Below, piece after piece: positions 17,434 to 24,000 of a stretch of 24,000 nucleotides of DNA. Position numbers and translations under genes: made by a program. Where the stretch lies: positions 49,524 through 73,523 of the forward strand of contig NZ_JACHEN010000022.1 in the NCBI RefSeq assembly GCF_014205875.1. The letters are read 5' to 3'. Within the stretch, counting starts at the first letter, position 1; the number at the start of each line of letters is the position of its first letter. The notes below the pieces were generated by a model. The model was given only the letters and a program-made list of their open reading frames with translations, was not told where the DNA came from and did no database searches. Source of the DNA: Anaerosolibacter carboniphilus (GTDB lineage Bacteria; Bacillota; Clostridia; Peptostreptococcales; Thermotaleaceae).

Positions 17434-17679
17434 TCTATCAACCTTTCATTTTGATAGGATAGACTGTTTAGCGATTTAAGAAGTTCGATCATTCATACTC
17501 TATGAAAATAGATCTCTATAAATGAATGATTCTAGGTTATTGAAGAAATTCCTTTCAATCGATATGCTTAAGGCATTTAATATTTTGAAGTTTAAAATGT
17601 ATACTCTGAATTGAAACAGGCATCCCAAAAAGATAAAATGAAACTAACAAAAAAACAATTAGAAGAAGGGGGATGCAGT

Positions 17680-18447
17680 ATGGGTTATAAAATAGCGGTG
17701 GCAGGAAAAGGTGGAACAGGGAAAACAAGCTTGACAGGACTTTTGATTGATTATCTAGTAAAAAAAGGCGAGGAGCCGATTCTTGCTGTGGATGCAGATG
17801 CTAACGCCAATCTAAACGAAGTGCTGGGGGAAGAACTGGAGGTAACCATTGGTGAAATAAAGGAAGAAATCAATAAGGCTGAAGCGTCGGGCAGTGGATT
17901 TCCAGGAGGGATGACAAAGGCGGACTACATGAAACTTCGACTAAATACTGCGGTTATAGAAGGAAATGGCTATGATATGCTGGTAATGGGTAGAACCCAA
18001 GGTGAGGGTTGTTACTGCTATGTAAATGGGTTGCTAAAAAGCCAATTAGATATTTTAACAAAGAACTATAAATATTTTATCATAGACAATGAAGCAGGGA
18101 TGGAGCATCTAAGCCGGGGGACTGTAAGAGATATCAATACCCTGCTGTTGATCAGTGATTGTTCTACCAGAGGAATTCAAGCAGCAGGAAGGATTAGGAA
18201 ATTAATTGACGAATTAAAACTAAAGATACCACAAGTATATCTTATTGTAAATCGAGCACCACAGGGTGAATTAAATGAAGGAATAAAAGCAGAAATAGAA
18301 AAGCAAGGATTAGAACTAATCGGGGTTGTACCAATGGATCCCATGATCTATGAATATGATTCGAGTGGGAAACCATTGGTGAAGTTACCCGAAGATGCTG
18401 TATCCAGACAGGCAATAAGAGAAATCATTGCAAAATTAGGTTTATAA
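17680..18447 (+). CDS. CooC/AcsF-type P-loop ATPase (Ni-insertion accessory protein family)
   Basis: Deviant Walker A AGKGGTGKTS immediately after MGYKI, a CxC metal motif GEGCYCYVNG, and DNEAGMEHLSRG. The ORF-track start 17611 has no RBS; ATG 17680 follows AAGGGGGA. Confidence 0.8.
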   Translation: MGYKIAVAGKGGTGKTSLTGLLIDYLVKKGEEPILAVDADANANLNEVLGEELEVTIGEIKEEINKAEASGSGFPGGMTKADYMKLRLNTAVIEGNGYDMLVMGRTQGEGCYCYVNGLLKSQLDILTKNYKYFIIDNEAGMEHLSRGTVRDINTLLLISDCSTRGIQAAGRIRKLIDELKLKIPQVYLIVNRAPQGELNEGIKAEIEKQGLELIGVVPMDPMIYEYDSSGKPLVKLPEDAVSRQAIREIIAKLGL

Positions 18448-18500
18448 AGGAAGAGGTACTGTCCTAAATACTCTATGAACTCTTAAGGAGTGATTTTCAA

Positions 18501-20039
18501 TTGAAGGAATTGCAATTACGGATAAGAGAATTGGAGGAAATGTTAGCGGAACAGATACAGCAAAGCAAAGAATTAAGGTTGGATAACCAACGGCTGGCGG
18601 AAGAGAATAAAGATTTAAGATTCAAAGTGAACCTAATGGATGATATGCTGGACAATATGTATGAAGGCGTCCGTGCTGTTGATTCAGAGGGAAGAGTCAT
18701 TATTTATTCAAAGGCTAACGAAAAATATGATGTATGGAAAAAAGAAGAGGTCATCGGGAAGCATGAAAATGACCTATGGAATCCTCCCATAGGCTTCACC
18801 TTTAACAAACAGCAAATCATCAGATTAAAAAAACCCATAAAAAATGTAAAAATGATTGGCAGTTCAAAGGCTGGGAAACAATTTCATATCATAGCAGGTT
18901 TTTATCCATACTTTGAAGATGGTGAATGTAAAGCCTTCTATTATACGGGGAGAGATATTACCACATTGGATTCATTTATCATGCAAACCTATGAAATTCA
19001 GCGGAACATGACGAAAAAGAACAATGAGAAGAAACGCATGAATGGCTGTAGGTTTACCCTAAATGATATCATAGGCACCAGTGCAGCGATTACGAGCTGT
19101 AAGGATAAAGCGAGAAGGTTTTCGAATTATAATGCCAACATACTCATTTACGGGGAGACGGGAACCGGAAAAGAAATGTTTGCCCAAGGTATTCACAATG
19201 AAAGCTTATACTCCCATGAACCTTTCATTGCATTAAACTGCTCAGCAGTACCTGAATCCCTTATTGAAAGCATATTGTTTGGTACTGTAAAAGGGGCATT
19301 TACAGGGGCTGAAAATATGTCAGGATTATTTGAACAGGTAGGGAAGGGGACTCTTTTTCTAGATGAAATCAATTCCATGCCTTTGGCCATGCAAGCAAAA
19401 CTTCTTCGGGTACTTCAAGAGAAAAAGATTAGAAGGATCGGAGGTGTTAAAGATATCGATGTGGAATGCTGCGTGATTAGTGCAACCAACATGGATCCTA
19501 AGGAAGCAGTGAAAAAATCCATCTTAAGAGAGGATTTCTATTATAGAATATCCACAGTATTGTTGACAATACCACCCCTAAGAGAAAGAAAGGAAGACAT
19601 TGCTCTACTTATTCAGCATTTTATAAAGGAATTAAATAAAAGATTTTCAAAGCATATAAAGAGTATAGATCCAGATGTACTGTCTTCCTTGATGGAGTAT
19701 CACTGGCCTGGAAATGTACGAGAGCTTCTAAACACATTGGAATATGCAGTTATTCTTTGTGAAGACAATCAGACGGTCTTAACCTATGAGCTTTTTCCTA
19801 ATTATATTTATTATAAAAAGAATAGACAGTGTGATTTTGGAGAGGTCAGCATTGGACAGGATAGTTTCATTGAATACAGCAATACGGAGGATTTAAACAC
19901 CCTATTGGATAATTACGAAAAAAATATTATTGTATCCGTCATCAATAAGTCAAGCGGGAACATTTCTACAGCAGCGAAGAAACTAGGTATTGATCGGAAA
20001 TCATTGTATAGAAAGATTGAAAAATATAAGTTGAAATAA
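18501..20039 (+). CDS. Sigma-54-dependent transcriptional activator (bEBP): coiled-coil + PAS sensor, AAA+ domain, Fis-type HTH
   Basis: Walker A GETGTGKE, the sigma-54-contact loop GAFTGA (..VKGAFTGAE..), Walker B LFLDEI, WPGNVREL, and the C-terminal HTH ISTAAKKLGIDRKSLYRKIEKY. The N-terminus is a heptad-like helix followed by a PAS-like region. TTG start after AAGGAG. Confidence 0.9.
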   Translation: MKELQLRIRELEEMLAEQIQQSKELRLDNQRLAEENKDLRFKVNLMDDMLDNMYEGVRAVDSEGRVIIYSKANEKYDVWKKEEVIGKHENDLWNPPIGFTFNKQQIIRLKKPIKNVKMIGSSKAGKQFHIIAGFYPYFEDGECKAFYYTGRDITTLDSFIMQTYEIQRNMTKKNNEKKRMNGCRFTLNDIIGTSAAITSCKDKARRFSNYNANILIYGETGTGKEMFAQGIHNESLYSHEPFIALNCSAVPESLIESILFGTVKGAFTGAENMSGLFEQVGKGTLFLDEINSMPLAMQAKLLRVLQEKKIRRIGGVKDIDVECCVISATNMDPKEAVKKSILREDFYYRISTVLLTIPPLRERKEDIALLIQHFIKELNKRFSKHIKSIDPDVLSSLMEYHWPGNVRELLNTLEYAVILCEDNQTVLTYELFPNYIYYKKNRQCDFGEVSIGQDSFIEYSNTEDLNTLLDNYEKNIIVSVINKSSGNISTAAKKLGIDRKSLYRKIEKYKLK

Positions 20040-20045
20040 TAGGGA

Positions 20046-20070
20046 TGTGTCAGCATGACACATGTGTAAT
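20046..20070. promoter_or_regulatory. Upstream activator sequence (UAS) copy 1
   Basis: TGTGTCAGCATGACACATGTGTAAT. TGTGTCA/TGACACA form a palindrome, overlapping the palindrome CACATGTG. It starts 190 bp upstream of the -24 element at 20236, and the same motif occurs at 21761 and 23405. Confidence 0.65.
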
Positions 20071-20115
20071 CTTGCTACAGAACCATCTGAAATACCAAAT
20101 TGTTTTCTTTTTATC

Positions 20116-20151
20116 AAACAACTGTGTCTTGATGACACAGTTGTTTTTTTT
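20116..20151 (+). terminator. Rho-independent terminator of the bEBP gene; its stem resembles the UAS half-sites
   Basis: AAACAACTGTGTC-TTGAT-GACACAGTTGTTT plus a T-run. The stem core TGTGTC..TGACACA resembles the UAS. Confidence 0.7.
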
Positions 20152-20235
20152 ATTATTTTTTCAAGTGCTAAGAAAGAAAATGCTGAGATATTGGAATATC
20201 AAGGCGAAAGGGGTTTTAATGGAAGATACAATACT

Positions 20236-20251
20236 TGGCATAAATATTGCT
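20236..20251 (+). promoter_or_regulatory. Sigma-54 (-24/-12) promoter 1
   Basis: TGGCAT-AAATA-TTGCT matches TGGCAC-N5-TTGCW, ~115 nt upstream of ATG 20366. Confidence 0.75.
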
Positions 20252-20365
20252 TTTTCCATTCTTAAGCATGACAGAAATGCAAGGACAGCATCAGCAGAAT
20301 AGTGAACAGCGGATGATGATAAAGGATGCATGCATTGCTGTCTAAGTGAAAAGGGGTGTATAGCA

Positions 20366-21733
20366 ATGTCGGATGTAAAGAAACTTCAACAAGAGAGAAA
20401 GCAGTTGTTTGAGGATTTATTTGACGGAAAAATACCAAAAAGGGTGCCCATTCGTGCCAACCTGCCTTTGGAGTTTAGTATTCAGTATGCAGGGCTGCCT
20501 TTGGCTGAAACCCAATGGACATTAGATGGTGTGGAAGAGGCCTTAGACAAAGCGTGTCAAATGTCAAAGTCAGACTATTACCCTTCGGGATTTTCAAGAT
20601 ATCCTGCCCATCTTCAAATACTGGGAGCAAAGGGATTTGTCATGGGTTCCAACGGATTCATTCAGCATCCAGAAATCATCGGTATGGAAGTAGGTGAGTA
20701 TGATGAATTCATTAAAAATCCATATGACTGTATTATGGAAAAAATACTTCCACGACTCTATCCAGAATTGAATACAGATCCGACAACACGTTCCATCGTA
20801 TTTGCAAAAGCTTTTAAAGCATTCTTTGATTATATAGAGGCATATGGAAAAATAGATGCAAAATTAATTGAAAAATATGGATTTCATGTGATTCCTAGAG
20901 AATCCTTCAGTGTAGTAACTGCTCCCTTTGATTTTGTGGCGGATTTCTTAAGAAGCTTCAAGGGAATTGCAATGGATGTAAAAAGATGTCCTGAAAAAAT
21001 ACAAGAGGCATGTGAGGCCATGCTGCCGATTCAAATCAAGAGAGGTATACCGCCTGTACCTTCAAAGTATGGTCATACTTTTATTCCGTTACATATGGGC
21101 AGTTATTTACGAAACAGTGATTTCGAAAAGCTGTATTGGCCCACATTCAGTAAAATGGTTCATGCATTGGCAGACGCAGGACAGCCTTGTCTGATATTCT
21201 GTGAACATGATTGGATGAGATATTTGGATTATCTCTATGAGCTCCCTGAAAATACAAGGCTCTATTTTGAGTTTGGCGATCCAAAGCTTGCAAAAGAAAA
21301 ACTTGGCAAGAAGCATATTATTTCTGGCTTCTATCCTTTGACGTATCTACAGTCAGCTACCAAGCAGCAGTGTATTGACAAGGCAAAAGAGCTTATTGAC
21401 ATTTTAGCTCCTGGTGGGAAATATTTCTTTGAATTTGATAAGAGCCCTGTAAGCTTGGACAGTGTAAATGTAGAAAATTATATGGCAGTACTTCAGTATG
21501 TGGCTGAAAATGCAAAATATGATAACCCAGGAGAAGCGGCAGCATCAGAGGATAAGTCTGCCAATAAACCTAAAACGATTGAAATACCTGAGTTTAAATC
21601 TAATTACTATAAAGCGTGGGAAGAATACAAGGTAGGACATCCTGAAATCGGGCCAAAGATAGAACCAATTATGGCTTCAAAATTACAAAGTTACGAAGAA
21701 ATGATATTTAGAATGATTTTCATGCTAATATAG
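20366..21733 (+). CDS. URO-D/MtaA-superfamily-like corrinoid-dependent methyltransferase, paralog 1, with a C-terminal linker and ~44-aa tail domain
   Basis: Start MSDVKK... after AAAGGGG; the track start 20330 has no RBS. The core is ~60% identical by eye to paralog 2. The ...ILAPGGKYFFEFD... region near the core C-terminus recalls the GPGGG region of URO-D-family methyltransferases. Adjacent corrinoid-protein genes support the role. The family call was not verified by search. Confidence 0.6.
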   Translation: MSDVKKLQQERKQLFEDLFDGKIPKRVPIRANLPLEFSIQYAGLPLAETQWTLDGVEEALDKACQMSKSDYYPSGFSRYPAHLQILGAKGFVMGSNGFIQHPEIIGMEVGEYDEFIKNPYDCIMEKILPRLYPELNTDPTTRSIVFAKAFKAFFDYIEAYGKIDAKLIEKYGFHVIPRESFSVVTAPFDFVADFLRSFKGIAMDVKRCPEKIQEACEAMLPIQIKRGIPPVPSKYGHTFIPLHMGSYLRNSDFEKLYWPTFSKMVHALADAGQPCLIFCEHDWMRYLDYLYELPENTRLYFEFGDPKLAKEKLGKKHIISGFYPLTYLQSATKQQCIDKAKELIDILAPGGKYFFEFDKSPVSLDSVNVENYMAVLQYVAENAKYDNPGEAAASEDKSANKPKTIEIPEFKSNYYKAWEEYKVGHPEIGPKIEPIMASKLQSYEEMIFRMIFMLI

Positions 21734-21760
21734 TGGGGATCATTGGGTGATATTCATTAT

Positions 21761-21794
21761 TGTGAAAATATGACACATGTGTAATTATGTCACA
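21761..21794. promoter_or_regulatory. UAS copy 2
   Basis: TGTGAAAATATGACACATGTGTAAT plus an extra TGTCACA at 21788-21794. It starts 188 bp upstream of the -24 element at 21949. Confidence 0.65.
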
Positions 21795-21826
21795 GTGATC
21801 ATGAAAACATAGTAAACATTTTCTTT

Positions 21827-21870
21827 AGTAAAATAAGGTGTGGTATTTTGCCACGCTTTATTTTACTTTC
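21827..21870 (+). terminator. Rho-independent terminator after methyltransferase paralog 1
   Basis: A 17-bp stem, AGTAAAATAAGGTGTGG / CCACGCTTTATTTTACT (2 G-U pairs), followed by TTC and a T-rich tail. Confidence 0.7.
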
Positions 21871-21948
21871 TAAAATCAATACAGAGCAGGGCGCCATGTA
21901 AACCACGTAATATCAATAGATGAAAAAAATAAACAAATGGGAGATACT

Positions 21949-21964
21949 TGGCATAAGAATTGCT
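21949..21964 (+). promoter_or_regulatory. Sigma-54 (-24/-12) promoter 2
   Basis: TGGCAT-AAGAA-TTGCT, ~70 nt upstream of ATG 22031. Confidence 0.75.
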
Positions 21965-22030
21965 ATTAATTTCTATATAAGTGCGATGTAGGCTGAAGAA
22001 ATAAAAATTTGTCAAGGGTGGGTGAACAAT

Positions 22031-23185
22031 ATGACCGATGTAAAAGCATTACAACAAGAAAGAGTACAGATCTTTACGGATTTATTTGATGGTAAGGTTC
22101 CAAAGAGAGTACCAATCAACTTGCTTTTATCCTTTGAGTTTGCGATTCAGTATGCAGGAAAGGATTTAGCAGAAGCTCAGTGGGATACTTCTACGCTTGA
22201 AGAAGTATTTGATAAAATGTGCAGAGACTTTATTACGGATACGAACCCCGCACTGGCATTTAGATATCCTGTATATTACAAATTGTTAGGGGCTAGGAAT
22301 TTTGTGATGAGCTCCAGTGGTTTTTTACAGCATCCAGAAGTCCATGGGTTTGAAGCTGAAGAATATGATGAGTTTATAGCATCGCCCTATGATTGTATTA
22401 TGGAAAAGATATTGCCAAGGATTTACACAGAATTAAACACAAATCCAGTACAAAGGTCTCTTGTAATGGCAAAGGCTTTTAAGGCATTTTACGATGAAAT
22501 GATCAATGGAGGAATGATTGTTGAAAAACTGAATGATAGATATGGTTTTTCTCCTATAGGAGGCTTTCAAGGAATGTGTGAAGCTCCCTTTGATTTTATG
22601 TCAGATCAATTGAGGGGATTTAAGAATATTACGGGAGATATCAGAAGGATTCCTGATAAGGTAGAAGCAGCTTGTGAAGCAGTTACACCTTTGATGATTA
22701 AAACAGGAATGCCTATAAATCCTTCAAAGTACAGTGCTACTTTCATTCCTCTACATATGGCGCCTTTTATTCGGGATAAAGACTTTGAAAGATTCTATTG
22801 GCCAACCTTCAAGAAAGTAGTAGATGAATTAGCGGCTGTAGGGCAGCCATCCTATCTCTTTGTTGAACATGACTGGATGCGTTACCTTGATTATCTGTAT
22901 GAACTGCCTGAGAATACCAGAATGATGTTTGAGTATGGAGATCCAAAGCTTGTGAAAGAAAAGTTAGGGAAAAAACATATACTAACTGGATTCTATCCAA
23001 TTTCTTTATTGAAGGCAGGTACCAAACAACAATGTATTGATAAAGCGAAGGAGCTTATTGATATCCTTGCACCTGGTGGAAAGTATATGTTCAATTTTGA
23101 TAAGAATATTATTACTGCAGATAGTGTTAATATTGAGAACTTACAAGCGGTATTATCCTATGTGGCTGAAAATGCCAATTATTAA
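22031..23185 (+). CDS. URO-D/MtaA-superfamily-like corrinoid-dependent methyltransferase, paralog 2 (core only)
   Basis: Start MTDVKALQQER... at ATG 22031; the track lists GTG 22022. Blocks identical to paralog 1 include EHDWMRYLDYLYELPENTR, GDPKL.KEKLGKKHI and TKQQCIDKAKELIDILAPGGKY. It ends ...AENANY-TAA. Confidence 0.6.
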   Translation: MTDVKALQQERVQIFTDLFDGKVPKRVPINLLLSFEFAIQYAGKDLAEAQWDTSTLEEVFDKMCRDFITDTNPALAFRYPVYYKLLGARNFVMSSSGFLQHPEVHGFEAEEYDEFIASPYDCIMEKILPRIYTELNTNPVQRSLVMAKAFKAFYDEMINGGMIVEKLNDRYGFSPIGGFQGMCEAPFDFMSDQLRGFKNITGDIRRIPDKVEAACEAVTPLMIKTGMPINPSKYSATFIPLHMAPFIRDKDFERFYWPTFKKVVDELAAVGQPSYLFVEHDWMRYLDYLYELPENTRMMFEYGDPKLVKEKLGKKHILTGFYPISLLKAGTKQQCIDKAKELIDILAPGGKYMFNFDKNIITADSVNIENLQAVLSYVAENANY

Positions 23186-23199
23186 AGGAGGGAATATAG

Positions 23200-23343
23200 A
23201 TGGAAACAAAGTATTATAAAACTTGGGATGAATATATAAAGGAACATCCAGAAATTGATGAGAAACTTATACCTGTTATAGCACCTAAAATACAGAGTTA
23301 TGAAGAAATGATGTTTAGTTTCGTTATGACGCTGCTCATGTAA
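23200..23343 (+). CDS. 47-aa small protein homologous to the C-terminal tail of paralog 1 (not in the ORF track)
   Basis: ATG 23200 lies 8 nt after AAAGGAGGG. The product METKYYKTWDEYIKEHPEIDEKLIPVIAPKIQSYEEMMFSFVMTLLM* aligns with SNYYKAWEEYKVGHPEIGPKIEPIMASKLQSYEEMIFRMIFMLI* (21599-21733), about 22 identities by eye. Confidence 0.7.
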   Translation: METKYYKTWDEYIKEHPEIDEKLIPVIAPKIQSYEEMMFSFVMTLLM

Positions 23344-23404
23344 GGAAAGAAAAAATCTTCCGTAGCAGAGGGGAGAAAGATCAAGGCAGTAAAACAGTTA
23401 CAAG

Positions 23405-23428
23405 TGTGACGTATTGTCACATGTGTAA
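23405..23428. promoter_or_regulatory. UAS copy 3
   Basis: TGTGACGTATTGTCACATGTGTAA(T). TGTGAC..GTCACA form a palindrome. It starts 190 bp upstream of the -24 element at 23595. Confidence 0.65.
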
Positions 23429-23474
23429 TAATGATACAAAAGGGTCAGAACTTAGAAAAGATCTCTATCGTACT

Positions 23475-23508
23475 AAAAAAGCTGTGAAGTCGTGCCACAG
23501 CTTTTTTT
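23475..23508 (+). terminator. Rho-independent terminator after paralog 2 and the small ORF
   Basis: AAAAAAGCTGTG-(9-nt loop)-CACAGCTTTTTTT. Confidence 0.8.
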
Positions 23509-23594
23509 ATTTTCTAAAACAAGAGAATAAAATGAAAAACATCAAACTTTGTAAAATCAAAGGAAATGGGTGAGAGGATGAATTAGGAAATATT

Positions 23595-23610
23595 TGGCAC
23601 AGATATTGCT
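23595..23610 (+). promoter_or_regulatory. Sigma-54 (-24/-12) promoter 3
   Basis: TGGCAC-AGATA-TTGCT, ~80 nt upstream of ATG 23689. Confidence 0.8.
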
Positions 23611-23688
23611 GTTTATTTGTATATACATGTACATGGTGGTTCTAAATGCCGTCAATACGTGAATCTATACAATAAAGGGGGCAGTTTT

Positions 23689-24000
23689 ATGATTGATGTA
23701 AAAGTACTATCACAGATGGTGGGGGATCTGGATGAAGGTGCCGTATTAGACATGCTGAATGAATTTGTGTCTACAAATCCCAGTGAAGAAGAGGCACAAA
23801 AGGTAGTCAATGCATGTCAGCAGGGAATGGCCATTGTAGGGGATTTGTTTGACAAGGGCGAGTATTTTGTAGGGGATCTGATCTTTGCAGGGGAACTTCT
23901 TACCAGCGCTATTGATGTGTTAAAGCCAGTCATTGGGTCAGGAAGCACAGAAAAGGCTGGAACCATCGTCCTTGGTACAGTACAAGGAGATTTACATGAT
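23689..24000 (+). CDS. Cobalamin(corrinoid)-binding protein, copy 2 (5' part; runs off the window)
   Basis: [69 protein letters not shown]...GDLHD is collinear with copy 1. RBS AAAGGGGG. It is open to the window end. Confidence 0.85.
   Translation, partial: MIDVKVLSQMVGDLDEGAVLDMLNEFVSTNPSEEEAQKVVNACQQGMAIVGDLFDKGEYFVGDLIFAGELLTSAIDVLKPVIGSGSTEKAGTIVLGTVQGDLHD

Noticed and set aside
20045-20302. Two overlapping 67-85 aa ORFs (20045-20302 and 20062-20265) in the intergenic region after the bEBP gene
   Set aside because: Neither has an RBS, and both products are low-complexity and hydrophobic. The region is fully accounted for by the UAS, a terminator hairpin and a sigma-54 promoter that recur in the two other cassettes without any ORF.
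20366-23185. Possible pyrrolysine (in-frame TAG) or selenocysteine (TGA) recoding in the methyltransferase genes
   Set aside because: Both paralogs are uninterrupted ORFs with no in-frame stop. Paralog 2 ends in TAA followed by a bona fide RBS and ATG, so the split from the small ORF is a true gene boundary and not read-through.
1-24000. Mobile elements, CRISPR arrays, tRNA/rRNA genes or defence-system genes
   Set aside because: I saw no transposase, integrase or recombinase-like ORFs, no terminal inverted repeats flanking a block, no regularly spaced direct repeats, and no tRNA-like cloverleaf candidates. The duplicated segments are paralogous genes and regulatory cassettes, not insertion sequences.

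Overview
This window looks like an AT-rich chromosomal segment from a Clostridia-type Firmicute. That guess rests on AGGAGG-type RBSs, gene content and rho-independent terminators. It is densely coding, and I found no rRNA, tRNA, CRISPR array, transposase or integrase. There are two functional blocks.

(1) 0.6-9.1 kb is a same-strand cluster. It encodes an M20 PepV-like dipeptidase, an MtlR/LicR-type PRD activator, separate fructose-family PTS EIIA, EIIB and EIIC, an M24 Xaa-Pro aminopeptidase, a MalY/PatB PLP C-S lyase and a dedicated HPr. A perfect 14-bp inverted repeat and a GC-rich structured leader with a terminator precede it. The PTS substrate is not deducible.

(2) 9.8-24 kb is a folate/corrinoid C1 island. 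It starts with FolT. A consensus sigma-70 promoter and a ~265-nt leader then drive corrinoid protein, fhs, folD, fchA and a fused metF-metV. Next come a convergent Cys-rich protein, a CooC/AcsF-type ATPase with no CODH in view, and a PAS sigma-54 enhancer-binding protein. After the bEBP, a regulatory cassette occurs three times: a conserved ~25-bp UAS, a hairpin, and a -24/-12 promoter. The cassettes drive two paralogous URO-D/MtaA-like methyltransferases and a second corrinoid protein that runs off the window.

The most interesting points are these:
- the sigma-54 modular regulon;
- a 47-codon ORF missing from the ORF track, free-standing after one methyltransferase paralog and fused as a C-terminal tail on the other;
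- a decayed methyltransferase 5' end stranded between corrinoid protein 1 and fhs;
- a mosaic similarity pattern between the two corrinoid-protein genes.

All family assignments come from motif recognition by eye. No database search was run.
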